Part shown: positions 1 through 12,224 of the stretch, in pieces
How the letters are laid out: every line of letters begins with the position of its first letter
How positions within the stretch are numbered: position 1 is the first letter of the stretch
Assembly (NCBI GenBank): GCA_951406725.2
Contig: OX597826.1
Location: 46,190,001-46,254,000 of the forward strand
Source: Octopus vulgaris
Lineage: Eukaryota
DNA: 64,000 nt
Reading direction: 5' to 3'
The notes under the pieces: model-generated
Told to the model about the DNA's origin: nothing
Databases searched by the model: none
Seen by the model: only the letters and a program-made list of their open reading frames with translations
Made by a program: the position numbers and the translations under genes

Positions 1-352
1 CTATCTTCCCAGTTAGCCTACCTTTGACATTGCTGCACCTCTTATGTGTCCATAGCTTACACTGGGTACATCTTATAGAGTTTCTACCTACACCTTTTCT
101 ACAGATCGAGCAGGGCCATCTTCCTGAGGATATTTGTGGGTTTTCTACCTTTCTACTTATTAGTACTTTGGTTTTAGCTAGGTTGACTCTAAGGCCCCTC
201 GATTCTAAACCCTCCTTCCACACCTGGAACTTCTCCTCCAGTTCTGATAGTGACTCAGCGATTAGAGCGAGGTCGTCAGCATAGAGGAGCTCCCAGGGGC
301 AACCTGTCTTGAATTCCTCCGTTATTGCCTGGAGGACTATGATAAATAGGAG
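1..352 (-). pseudogene. Frameshifted continuation of the RTE ORF: YADD, thumb and a PHD-like Cys/His cluster
   Basis: Manual translation: LLFIIVLQAITEEFKTGCPWELLYADDLALIAES...VNLAKTKVL...WPCSICRKGVGRNSIRCTQCKLWTHKRCSNVKGRLTGKI. Confidence 0.85.
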
Positions 353-2328
353 GGGCTGAGTACTGAACCCTGGTGGACCCCAACCTCTACTTTGAATTCT
401 TCTGTGTACATGTTGCCAACTCTAACCTTACTTACGGCATCTCTGTACATGGCTTGCACAGCCCTCACCAGCCATTCATCTATCCCTAGTTTCCTCATTG
501 ACCACCAGATGAGGGATCGGGGGACCCTATCAAAGGCTTTCTCCATGTCAACGAAAGCCAGGTACAGGGGCTTATCCTTGGCTAGGTATTTCTCCTGCAG
601 CTGCCTTACCAGGAATATAGCATCAGTGGTGCTTTTCCCTGGGACAAACCCAAACTGCATCTCATCTAAACTAACTCTCTCTCTAATTAGTTGGGCTATG
701 ACCCTCTCCGTAACCTTCATTACCTGATCCAACAGCTTGATACCTCTGTAATTATTTGTATCCAGGGCATCACCTTTACCTTTGTAGCAGTTGACTAGTA
801 TGCTGCTACACCAGTCATTGGGTATGACTCCTTCGTGTATCACCTGGTTGACTATACGGGTGACTAGGTTATAGCCGACACTGCCAGATATTTTGAGCAT
901 CTCTGCAGTAATTCCTGATGGGCCTGGGGCTTTCCCTGTCTTCATGCTTCTAATTGCCTTAGCTACCACGGAACTATCAACTCGGATAGCTGGTCCCTCT
1001 GTTGGGTCAACATTTGGCAGACTCTCTTTATCCCATTCATTTTCTTTATTCAGCAAACTTTCATAGTGGCATCTCCAAACCTCTCTCTTTGCATCCTCAT
1101 TTAGCGCAAGTGAACCATCATCCATGCGAACACACTTCTCTCCTACCACATCACGATTCTCTCTCACACACTGTCTTGCAACACGAAATACCTCAAGTCT
1201 TTCATCCTCACGGCTCAGAACATTGGCAAATTTTTTCTTATCCGCTTCCCCTCTGGCTAAATAAACCTGTCTCCTAGCTTCCCTTTTGGCTGTCTGATAC
1301 AATTCCCTGCTACCACTGTTCTTCCAGTCCTTCCAAGCCTGTCTCTTTTGTCTAATAGCCCCGTCAACCACCGTGTTCCACCACCATGTAACTCTGGGTC
1401 GAGATGGTACTTTGCTCCATCCACAGATCTGGTCAGTGGCTGTCAGCAGATTGTCCCGTAGGAATCTCCAGTTGTCTTCCACATTAAGTGGAGCTATATC
1501 CCCTTCTATTTCGTCAGAGGCTTCGAGTAGTATGTCTCTAAATCTCTGTCCATTTGCAGGATCTTTAAGCTTCCAGACCCTTCTCCTCCAAGCTGGTCTT
1601 CTTCTGGGCAACCATTTAGCTCTGATCCTGAAGTCGCTAACTACTAATCTATGTTGGGGAGTACATTCTTCGCCTGGGAAGGTTTTGGCATTTATAATCA
1701 GCCCTCTTTCCCTTTTTCTGGCAAGGATGTAGTCAATCTGGCTGGTGTGTCTGCCAGAACGGTAGGTGACTAGGTGAGAGGTGGGTTTCCTGAAGTGGGT
1801 ATTGCAGACCATAAGGTCATTTGCATCGCAGAACTCCAGCAGCCTGGTTCCCTCCTCATTTCGAGAGCCAAAACCGTGGCCTCCATGGATGCCATGGAAG
1901 CCCCTGACATGTCGTCCAACATGTCCATTGAAATCACCTGCCACGAAGAGAAGGTCACTGTCATTTGTCAATGAGGTAGTCCGCAATAGGGTGTCATAGA
2001 ATTGGTCTTTTTGTCCTTCCGGTAGCCCTGGTTGAGGGGCATATGCCGAGATGATGGTAGCTGTCCTATGGTGAAGAACTAATCTAATTTTAATTACTCT
2101 GTCACTTACTCTGACTACCTCGATTACCTTACCTATCCATTTCTCCGCAAGAAGTATACCCACGCCCCCGACTCCGTCAATGTTCCCTGCCCAGAAAATC
2201 TTGTACCTGTGTTCCTTGCCCGTGAGGAGCCTAGCAGAACCTCCTCTCCACCTTACTTCCTGGATACAGCATACATCCACACGTCTCCGTTCAAGCAGCT
2301 CTACAATCTCTCCAGACCTACCTTTCAA
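337..2328 (-). CDS. RTE ORF: AP-like endonuclease plus N-terminal part of reverse transcriptase (663 aa in track)
   Basis: ORF track translation with EN and RT motifs. The frame is open upstream to at least 2415 without an ATG and ends early because of a 1-nt frameshift near 352-355. Confidence 0.9.
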   Translation of the reverse strand: MKGRSGEIVELLERRRVDVCCIQEVRWRGGSARLLTGKEHRYKIFWAGNIDGVGGVGILLAEKWIGKVIEVVRVSDRVIKIRLVLHHRTATIISAYAPQPGLPEGQKDQFYDTLLRTTSLTNDSDLLFVAGDFNGHVGRHVRGFHGIHGGHGFGSRNEEGTRLLEFCDANDLMVCNTHFRKPTSHLVTYRSGRHTSQIDYILARKRERGLIINAKTFPGEECTPQHRLVVSDFRIRAKWLPRRRPAWRRRVWKLKDPANGQRFRDILLEASDEIEGDIAPLNVEDNWRFLRDNLLTATDQICGWSKVPSRPRVTWWWNTVVDGAIRQKRQAWKDWKNSGSRELYQTAKREARRQVYLARGEADKKKFANVLSREDERLEVFRVARQCVRENRDVVGEKCVRMDDGSLALNEDAKREVWRCHYESLLNKENEWDKESLPNVDPTEGPAIRVDSSVVAKAIRSMKTGKAPGPSGITAEMLKISGSVGYNLVTRIVNQVIHEGVIPNDWCSSILVNCYKGKGDALDTNNYRGIKLLDQVMKVTERVIAQLIRERVSLDEMQFGFVPGKSTTDAIFLVRQLQEKYLAKDKPLYLAFVDMEKAFDRVPRSLIWWSMRKLGIDEWLVRAVQAMYRDAVSKVRVGNMYTEEFKVEVGVHQGSVLSPSYLS

Positions 2329-2435
2329 TGTGCCAACGTTGAGCGTGCCAACTCTGAGGGTTTGGGAGGTGTGGGCATCAGAGACCCTGGGACGAGGGAC
2401 AGCAGTGTCATGTACCTGAAATATATATATATATA

Positions 2436-2596
2436 TACGACGGGCTTCTTTCAGTTTCTATCTACCAAATTCAATCAAAAGGCTTTGGTTAGCCCAGGTC
2501 TACAGTAGAAGACACTTGCCCAAGGTACCACAGTGGGACTGAACCTGGAACTATGCAGTTGGGAAGCTTCTTACCACACTGCCACACCCGCACCTA
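2436..2596 (-). mobile_element. tRNA-headed SINE family A, 5' half (interrupted at its internal TA tract by the RTE)
   Basis: Matches the head of full copies at 8417 and 57249 (GGTTCAGTCCCACTG B-box-like motif, CCTTGGGCAAGTGTCTTCTACT). Confidence 0.8.
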
Positions 2597-2845
2597 TATT
2601 CACATAATTTGAATTAATCATGTCTGACACTGTAACTTCAAAATTTCAATGATGTGATTATTTATTTTTAGAATGACATTGTAGGGTAGGTGTGAGAATT
2701 CCGATCTGATCAGTTTGAACATAAAACAGATAGAATTTTTGGGGCCACATTTGGCTGGTTTAAATGCTAAAGGATTAAAGTTTGACGTCAGATTAAGATG
2801 CCAGGCCAGACATTAATCCTTTAGCATTCAGATTACTCTGTCAAA

Positions 2846-3123
2846 TGTTGCTACACATCGCTGGTCACAATGCGCTTCACATTGTTTTAGCCTTCAAATG
2901 ATGCCACCCCGCTGGCTAAGCGAGCAGGCCAACAGAAGAAAGAGTGAGAGAAAATTGCGGCAAAAAAGTGCATCAGGGATCGCCACCACCCCCTGCTGGA
3001 GCCTCATGGAGCTTTAGGTGTTTTCGCCCAATAAACACTCACAACGCCCAGTCTGGGAATCGAAACCACAATTCTACGACCGTGAGTCCACTGCCCTAAC
3101 CACTGGGTCATTGCGCCTCCACC
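2846..3123 (-). mobile_element. tRNA-headed SINE family C, inserted into a TTAA-MITE
   Basis: Minus head GGAGGCGCAATGACCCAGTGGTTAGGGCAG...GGTTTCGATTCCC (A/B boxes); second copy at 59700-59960. Confidence 0.8.
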
Positions 3124-4244
3124 AGTGAAATGTAACACTTATTATCCACATTCTTTTGAAATAATATCTTGTGGCTCCAAAATTTCAAGTATGTGAGAAT
3201 TTACATTTAGAATGACATTTTAGGATAGGTGTAAGAGTTCAGATCGGGTCAGTTTGGACAAAAAGCAAATTGAATATTTGGGCTGGATATGGCAGATTTA
3301 AATTGCTTATGGGTAAAACTGCATCCAGTGGTGAGGCTCCATCTTGGGAGTTTAGGGGTTTTAGGGAGTAAGGAAAGGAGTTAACCCTTAGTCACCCCTA
3401 CTCCAACATTTGCCCTGATCAGAAATGATAGTCTCTGCCAAAGACTCTAGTTATGGGTCAAACAGTAGATGATGGTCCTGTAAGGTAAGGCAAACAGGAC
3501 TTGGAGAAGAGCTGACCCCTAGACACATGTCATACAGGCCCACCAGTTTGTGGGCACATCCTGATTATGAGTGAACCAATCCTCCTGCATAAGGACAAAA
3601 CAGGCTTTGATGCTTTAAGGATATGCTTCAGAGAGCAGAAAACTAGCAGAGTAAACTGTGGGTAAACACGAAACCACTGCTGGATCTTTTTCAAGGAAAG
3701 TCATGAATCTTCAAGCTTTGGCATGGAGGCCCATAACAAAAGTCTGTAGGAGAGAGAGAAAGATAGAGAGGGAGAGAGAAGAGGAGAGAATGAAAGGGGA
3801 GAGAAAGAATAGAGAGACAGAGAGGAGAGAGATAGAGAGAGTTAAATTTGCTCCTGCTGTGAATTTATGTGAGACCCTTTCATTAATTCTTTTCTAACTA
3901 AGCTGCCTGAGACTTTCTGATTTTACTTTGAGTGATGGTGTATCATTCAGAACTACAGAACAATTTGGAAAAGAATTTCTTAACTTCCTCCATGCTCTGA
4001 CTGACACACTGTCACTCAAAATACAACTAACCTCTTGTCCACTTGAAGCCCAACCTCTACCCAGCCATTAAAGCGTCTTCTCTCGTAAGATAGTTTGATT
4101 TCAGCCTCACCAATGAAATTCACTTTGTACCTTCTTACTAAACAACATTTCATGATCACCACTCCTACCCACAATACACACACATACAAATCATAGGGTA
4201 CCTGACAGTGTTCTTCAACTACTACACCAACAGATGAACTTTAA

Positions 4245-4688
4245 CCCTTTAGCTTTTAAACAGGCAATATCCGGCCCAATTATTCTACATGTTTTACATT
4301 CAAACTGGCCATATCTAGCCACTCATATCTAACCTACATTGACATTCTAAAAAGTAATCAATCACATAACTGAAACCTCAAAACTATAAGAGAATACATG
4401 ATCAAGTCAAAACAGTTCGAATATAAAAGCATTCCATTCAACAGAATAATCTGAATGCTTAACCCTTTAGTATTCAGATTATTCAATCAAACATAATGCC
4501 TATTGAATCCCATTGATTTGAATTAATCATGCATTATCTCATATCTTCAAGATCTTGATGGTGTAATTACTTAATGTAGAATAACATTGTAGGGTAGGTG
4601 TGAGAGCCTGGATCTGGTCAGTTTGAACATAAAACAGATTAGCTATTTTGGCCGGATATGGCCGGTTTAAATACTAAAGGGTTAAAGG
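4245..4688. mobile_element. Two nested piggyBac-like TTAA MITEs (family 1) in opposite orientation
   Basis: TTAA|CCCTTTAG at 4241; inner copy TTAA|CCCTTTAG...CTAAAGGG|TTAA at 4463-4681. Related copies near 2600-2777, 2813-3320, 6558-6760, 9743-9975, 43410-43630 and 62060-62250. Confidence 0.75.
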
Positions 4689-4959
4689 TTAAACCCCAAA
4701 ATTATGCACCTAAGTATGTCCTTTCACATCACAGAAGCCTATGCTTAAAAGACCCAAAGGGCTCACCCTTAGTTATGCTGCAGTATGACAGGAAGTGAGC
4801 ATGGCTTGAAACACAACGAGGAAGTCAAGTACCAATCCTGAATCAGAGATATTCACTCACCATCGCTATCTTTTATTTTCCATATGTTTCAGTCATTGGA
4901 CTGTGGCCATACTGGAGTACTGCCTTGAAGAATTTGGTAACAGTGGTAACTTCAGGGTA

Positions 4960-5134
4960 GGAGGTAAGTCAATTATCTCAACCCCAGTGTTCAACAGGTA
5001 TTATATTTTATTGACCCTGAAAGATTGAAAGGCAAATTCGCCCTTCGTAGAATTTGAACTCAGAATGTAAGGATGGATGAAATGGTGCTAAGCATTTTGC
5101 CTAGCATGCTAACAATTCTGCCAGCTTGCTGCCT
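4960..5134 (-). mobile_element. SINE family B (Nin/Deu-domain-like), degenerate
   Basis: Matches the 12225-12454 copy (GAATTTGAACTCAGAA, GCTAAGCATTT, CTGCCAGCT). Confidence 0.7.
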
Positions 5135-5171
5135 TAGTAACAACAGTAATAACAACAAACTCACACATAAG

Positions 5172-5246
<75 letters not shown>

Positions 5247-6186
5247 GTTTCTAATTTTTGCACAAGGCCAGTAATTTTCAAAGGAAAGTGAGCAGTCAGT
5301 ACTGTCAACTTGACCACTTAACTGAGGCTTTATTATATCAATCCTGGAAGTACACAAAAGAATGCTGACCATAGCGAGATATGAACTCAGAAAGGAAAGA
5401 GCTGGAACTAATAACTTGCAAAGCATTCTGTCTGCTGCGCTGATGATTTTTCTGAAAGAATACTGGAGTGAATTAGAAAATTTTTTTTGTTGTTTGTTTT
5501 TGAAAATTAGACCAAAAATAGATAAAGGTTTTTGCATTATAAATAACTTGGAAATGAAAAATACCCTTGACAATAGAAAAAGTTGAGACAAAGAAACTAT
5601 TTGAATGTTAAAGAAAAGGAAACAAGGATTCATTGAAAGAATGGTAACAAAATTTATATCTAAATAAGAACTGCCTAAACAAGTAATTTCACAGACTCAT
5701 AAATTCTCAAGATTAACAGCAATAAAATAAATTATTCGTTTAAAAAGATGTTAAAATCTCATAAAAATTATGTTTAAAATTTCTTTTTATTCTCATTTGA
5801 TTTTAAAAGACATTAAAAAAAAAAGAAGTATGGAAGCAAATACAAAATAAGCTGTGTGTGCATTTCTTCAATATGATAGCAAGAGATGGTGTTTAAGGTT
5901 TGACCTTTCTAGATATATCGATTTAGGTGGTTGAGTATGGTTTTTATATAGTGGACTACTAATCAATGCATCCATATACACACACAGACACACACATATG
6001 TGATATGTGTACATATGTGGCAAAGTAGCTACAGTATCCAAAATGATGTATAACATCAAGTCAAAAAAATGATATGTTTATTATAAGTCTAATAAAAACC
6101 ATTTGTATTTAGAAGACAAAGTGGTGTCTCTTGCAAATTATTACAAATACACACACATTTGTGTGTGTATGTGTGTATATATACAC

Positions 6187-6418
6187 AATGGTTAGGGTGT
6201 CAGCATCATGATTGTAAGATTGTGGTTTCAATTTCTGGACTGGGAAATGCGTTGTGTTCTTGAGCAAAACACTTCATTTCACGTTGCTCCAGTCCACTCA
6301 GCTGGCAAAAATGAGTAACGCTGCGATGGACTGGCGTCCCATCCAGCTGGGAAACACACATGCCACTGAAACTGGGAAACCGGGCTCATGAGCCTGGCTA
6401 AGCTTTAAAAGGGTGCAT
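6187..6418 (+). mobile_element. tRNA-headed SINE family D
   Basis: TGGTTAGGGTGTCAGCATCATG...GGTTTCAATT head; body CTGCGATGGACTGGCGTCCCATCCAG. Near-identical inverted copy at 21268-21511. Confidence 0.8.
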
Positions 6419-7465
6419 TCATTTTATTTATATATGTGTGTGTGTTTGTATATATATATATATATATGCGCGTGTGTGTGTGTGAGAGAGTGTGTATATA
6501 TATATATATAAATATGCTAACGTTTGCTTCTGTGTCAAGTTATATATAATAAACACTTTAACTCTGTAGCATTCAGATTATTCTGTCGAATGTAATACTT
6601 CTTCATCCACATCATTTTGAATTAATCATCATTATCTTGTAGCCTTGAGATTTTGATGATTTTGAATGTTTATTTTTAGAATGAGTTTGTAGGGTAGGTT
6701 CATGAGGTCAGAACTAGTCACTCTGAGTATAAAACAGATAGAATATTTCAGCCTGAAATTACTAGTTTTGTGCCAAAATATGAAACCACTACCAAATTGC
6801 AGAGTTATTCAGTACTTTTTTCAGCAGAGCATGTTTATTAAACTTTTATGCACACCACCATCAAACATCATCATTCTTATTATTACTCAACATTTGTTTT
6901 CCACGCCGCCATGGGTTGGACAATTTGACCAGAGCTGGTAAGCAGGAGAGCTGCACTGGGTTCCACTCTGATTTGGTTTGGTGTTCTATGGCTGGATGCC
7001 CTCCCTAACCCCAACCACTTTACAGAACATGCTGGTTGCTTTTTACATTATATATTTCATTGTGTCTGAGGAGAGTCATTCTGTTTTAATGTCTTATTAA
7101 TTAACACATTCACCGATTCGATTTCCACTCATTTACTTAGTTATTTTTTTCTAAAATTTTCATTGCTTCTTGCAACCTCTTAAATAGTCATGCTGAAGAT
7201 CCCTTCTGGATACTTGCATAGGGGTGAAGCAACTGTTGGTGCAATTCTTGCAATTATGGGCAACACATCTGTCACAAAACCCAAAACAAAACCAGCAGAA
7301 GGCCCAGAGTGGAAATGATGCCAAACCTCTTACCACTTACAAGAAAGTTGTTACACTCCAAGTCATGTTGAAAACGACAAAGCACACATACACATATGAA
7401 TGTATCTGTCTAGATACAAACAGATATACCTATCTATCTGTCTACCAACCTATCACACACACTTG

Positions 7466-7545
<80 letters not shown>

Positions 7546-7550
<5 letters not shown>

Positions 7551-7865
7551 ACATATAAAGGGTGAAATATAATTAATTTAATAAAATCAATAAATTTCAC
7601 CTAGTAGTCTTTCGGTATGGAAGGGACCATATTCGGTAAATTATATAATTATAATAAAGGGTTTTTTGCAACAAGTTGCTTAAACCACATACCGAAAATA
7701 TTAGAAATAGCAGTCAAATGGGCTGCTATTACTACTACAATAATAAGTCTGTTGTTTGTGGAGATTTATTTTTGTAGTAATAGTAATAGTAGCCCATTTG
7801 ACTGCTATTTCTAATATTTTCGGTATGTGGTTTAAGCAAATTGTTGCAAAAAAAACCCTTTATTA

Positions 7866-7875
<10 letters not shown>
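7546..7875. mobile_element. (TA)n-embedded short element with about 100-bp inverted arms (7642-7740 and 7772-7875)
   Basis: Arm TATAATAAAGGGTTTTTTGCAACAAGTTGCTTAAACCACATACCGAAAATATTAGAAATAGCAGTCAAATGGGCT recurs as its reverse complement; flanked by (TA)n on both sides. Confidence 0.75.
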
Positions 7876-7932
<57 letters not shown>

Positions 7933-7949
7933 CTGCCTGATTATATAAT

Positions 7950-8403
7950 AGCGCCGCCTGACTGGCACCCATGCCAGTGGCACGTAAAAAGCACCATTTG
8001 AGTGTGGCCAATGCAAGTGACATCTGACTGGCATGTACAATACACCATTCGAGTGTGCTGATGCCAGTGCTGCCTGACTGGCACCTGTGATGGTGGCATG
8101 TAAAAAGTACCATTCAAGTGTGACTGATGCCAGTGCTGCTTGACTGGGTATCCATGCCAGTGGCATGTGAAAACCACCATTTGAGCATGGCCGATGCCAG
8201 TGCATCTGACTGGCTCCCATGCCGGTGGCACATAAAAGCACCCACTACACTCTCAGAGTGATTGACGTTAGGAAGGGCATCCAGCTGAAGAAACCTTGCC
8301 AAATCTGATTGGAGCTTGGTGCAGCCTCCTGGCTTACTAGTTCTCATTTACACTGTCTAAACCATGCCAGCATGGAAAGTGGATGTTAAATGACGATGAT
8401 GAT
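7950..8403 (+). mobile_element. RTE-tailed short element (family E) with internal tandem units of about 58 bp
   Basis: Repeated GACTGGCAC..ATGCCAGTGGCACGTAAAAAGCACC units, then AGGAAGGGCATCCAGCTG...CCATGCCAGCATGGAAAG...TTAAATGA(TGA)n tail typical of RTE 3' ends. Confidence 0.7.
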
Positions 8404-8416
8404 ATATACATACATA

Positions 8417-8810
8417 TAGACGTAGGAGTGGCTGTGTGGTAAGTAGCTTGCTTATCAACCACATGGTTCCGGGTTCAGTTCCACTGCCTGGCACCTTGGG
8501 CAAGTGTCTTCTACTATAGCTTTGGGCCGACCAAAGTCTTGTGGAGTTGGTAGATGGAAACTGAAAGAATCCTGCCGTGTATGTGTGTGTGTGTGTGTTT
8601 CTGTGTCTGTGTTTGTCCCCGCTAACATCGCTTGACAACTGATGCTGTCGTGTTTACGTCCCCGTAACTTAGCAGTTCGGCAAAAGAGACCGATAGAATA
8701 AGTACTAGGCTTGCAAAGAATAAGTCCTGGGGTCAATTTGCTTGACTAAAGGCGGTGCTCCAGCATGGCCACAGTCAAATGAGTGAAACAATTAAAAAAG
8801 TAAAAGAGTA
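8417..8810 (+). mobile_element. tRNA-headed SINE family A, full length
   Basis: GGAGTGGCTGTGTGGTAAG (A box), GGTTCAGTTCC (B box), internal (TG)n, tail GGTGCTCCAGCATGGCCACAGTCAAATGA. Confidence 0.85.
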
Positions 8811-8891
8811 TATACACACACACACACACACAGATATATGTTGTCATTCAATGTCGACTTTACATGCTGGCATGGGATGAACGGGGACACA

Positions 8892-8946
<55 letters not shown>

Positions 8947-9023
8947 GAAAAACTTTTAAATGCTTCTACTTTAACAAATGAGGAAACTTAAAGTATACAG
9001 AATAAGAATGTGCAATGCATATG

Positions 9024-9055
<32 letters not shown>

Positions 9056-9255
9056 ACTACTGATGCTGCTGCCACCTGCAGTGAGTGGATACATTACTGA
9101 AAGCAGTTGCAGATTTAGACTTATTAAGCCTCATGATTATTTTCAAACATATGTTGAGCCAATTAAGAAGAAATAATAAACAATGTCCTAATTAAAGTGA
9201 TATGAGGAGACGATTTAAGTTTACACACATGTACAAACATATATGTACAAATACA

Positions 9256-9291
<36 letters not shown>

Positions 9292-12224
9292 GAGAAAGAG
9301 GGAGAAAGAAAGAGAGTAAGAGAGAGATGGGAGCAACAAGGAGAGGGGATAATGAGAGAAGTGTGTGTGAGTATGGAGGGAGAGAGAGTGGAGTGCTGTT
9401 TCAGGTGAGTATAGAAGCAGGAAATGGTAAGTCTTGGGAATAAGATTGCACTAAAAAGATGAGATATAATGAAAATACACGCAATCTAGTCAGACAGAAA
9501 AGAAAAGAAAAAAAAACAACCATAAACAACAATAACAACCACCACAACAACAATAACAAAGCTATTCATCATTAACCGAAGAATGGGTTCAAAGAGGCAG
9601 AACAATTCGAAATGGAAATATTTATTTATAGAAATTAACTGTTATTATAAAAGATCAAGTGGACTTGCTAATTTCTTTGGCCCAAGAGCTTAAATTGTTT
9701 GACATCATCAGCAACATCATTATCATCATCATCATCATTGGCTTAACCCTTTAGCATTCAATCCAGCCATATCCGGCCTAAATATTCTACCTGTTTTGTG
9801 TTCAAACTGACCAGATCAGGACTGTCACAACTACCCTGGCAGTTTCATTCTAAAAGTAAACAATCACATCCTCAAAAACTGGAAGCTATGAGATGATGCA
9901 GGATTAATTCAAAACAATTTGAATGATTGAATAAGCATTACATGTGATGGAGTAATCTGAATGCTAAACAGTTAATGTCCATTTTCCCATGCTCACATGG
10001 GCAGGACAGAATTTTATCATGGCAAATTTTCTACAGCTGGGATGCCCTTCCTGTTGCCAACCCTCATTTGCAAGGTAAATATTTCACCATGACCTGACAT
10101 GTTTTCATGGAAGATTGTAAAGACAGAATGGTGACACTTGTTTACAAGTATCAGGTGATAAGGCTTCACATTCAATGAGAAAAAGAAATGAGAATATATG
10201 ATGGTTATGCTTTTTCTTCCCTCTCCAGTTCATCAATCAAAAAATCTAAGCGAAGTGGTGGTGGTGGTGGTGGTGGTATGGGGATAATGATGGTGGTGGT
10301 GGCGGCAGCAGTGGTATGTCCTCAACTGCTGATGGAGTTTTAGAGGTGCTGTCACGCTATACAGTGTGTCTGAGTCACTTTTAGAGCTGACTCCTGACCC
10401 CACAAGCCTAAGCACAGTTGATTTTCTTTCACCAGAGAGAGAGAGACAGACAGAAGGAAAGAGAAAGAGAGAAAGAGGGGGAACAGAAAGACAAACAGAG
10501 AGAGAGAGAGAAAAACAAGATGTAAGAAAGAGCTGACCCCATCCAAAACAGTGTATTTTATTTATCATCCCTAAAAAGGATGAAAGCCAATATTGACCTT
10601 GGTGGGGTTCGAACACATAATGCAGAGACCTAGAATGATCACCACAAAGCAATTGATCTAATATTCTAAGGAATCTGCCAATTGGCGAGTGAAACAGCAA
10701 CCAGTAGGAATGGAAACTGTTGTGCTTTCAATGCCTGTGAGAAAAAGATTACTTTTCCTCAAAGGCATTGATAAATATTCCGGTATATGTTCAAGGAAAT
10801 GGCGAAATTGTAAACCAAATAATTACAAAAAGATTTTAAAGCTGGAAGCAGTTGATTTGTTCAGTAGAAAGGACGATTAGATTAGATTAGAGTCTGTTTT
10901 TTAAAAGAATCATTACGTACCATTTGAGTTATGTAAGCAATTTAGATGGAGGAAAAAAAAAATAAGTCAATAGTATTAGGTTTATATTATACAAACACAT
11001 ATTGGCAATTTGAATGGAAGGGATATGTTTTTTTTCTTCTTTTTTTTTTGTTGTTGTTTTTTTGTTCTTCTTCATTCAGATTCTTATATTCTTAAAGCTT
11101 ATGATATAATAAAACCCCTTGAGTGTTTAATTCTCAGGTTCACATTTGCTTTTGATGTACAATTAACAAGCCTGCTGCCCAAACAGTATACCTTTAACAT
11201 TAGCTTTTATACAGCAATCGTATTCCCAGATGATTAATCAGAAAGCAGCACTCAAAAAGCTATAGTAAATCTATTAGCAATTCTTAGGTGCAACCGACCA
11301 GTATGAATGGCCACTTCAAAATAAAACCACCATACAAAAGTGTATGGGATAGGAAAAGAGAGAGAGACAAAGAGGGAGAGACTGGGAGGAGGTTTTCCGT
11401 CAAGGAGAGCAACTGCTCTAAAGAGAAACTACTATAGTTACTGCAGAGCGAAGATGAGAATACTATGATACCATGATATAAATGCTTGTATGTAGTGTAG
11501 TGGTCAGGGTGTTGCACTCATGATCAGGAGATCGTGGTTTCAATTCCCAGAGCAAGAGGTGCGTCATTTTCTTGAGCAAAAAATCCCACTTTCATTCATG
11601 TTTGCTGTTCAGTGGGGGGAATGTTGTGATCTTGGTCATTATTATGTCTTGGAAACTGGGGAACCAGCCCTATGACTTCTAATAATGTCCATGGCTGGAT
11701 GATGATGATGACGAGAATAATGATAATGACAGTGATGACAATGATGATGATAGTAATGATGATGATGTTGATGACGACAACATTGATAAATGTACTAAGT
11801 TTTCAAGTCAAGCTGGGACTTCTGATATCACAACTTTTCAGCTATAATAGATATTACTCTAAGATATATAAAACACGTAATAACATAATCTCAAAATAGT
11901 CTAGTATAGAGTTGTTTTTCTCTAGTGTTTGATAAATCTGAATACATCAGAAGCCACGTTATGTTATAACTAAAGAACCTAATGTTATCAAACCATGATA
12001 TAACAATGCACAGCCTCTTCAGTTGAGAAGTTAGTAAAATAACTTCGTTATTATCAAGCTGGTGTTTGAAACATAAATTTCACATGAAATTTTCAAGGAA
12101 GGTTTTAATTTATATCACTTTAAAACAGGAAGTGCTGTCTCATTGAACCAAAGCAGTCTAGGACAAGTGGCTACTTTTATTTATAAACTTTATTATAAAT
12201 TCTAAGTAAAGAAAAGTAAATCTT

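Larger units (their letters stand above)
1..2415 (-). mobile_element. RTE-clade non-LTR retrotransposon (LINE), near-intact; 3' part lies outside the window
   Basis: APE endonuclease motifs (LRVGTLNVGTL, IQEVRW, SAYAPQ, GDFNGH, SQIDY), followed by RT motifs (KAPGPSG, NYRGIKLL, QFGF, AFVDMEKAFDRV, GVHQGSVLSP, and YADD at 272-283). Confidence 0.95.

Noticed and set aside
24-2508. Plus-strand ORFs overlapping the RTE
   Set aside because: Antisense shadows of the RTE coding sequence.
3040-3123. tRNA-like cloverleaf (also at other SINE heads)
   Set aside because: Continues into a multi-copy SINE body; not a tRNA gene.
7190-7245. CTGAAGA-TCCCT..AGGGGT-GAAG-CAACTG as a hammerhead
   Set aside because: GAAG instead of GAAA and no stem I; at most a relic.
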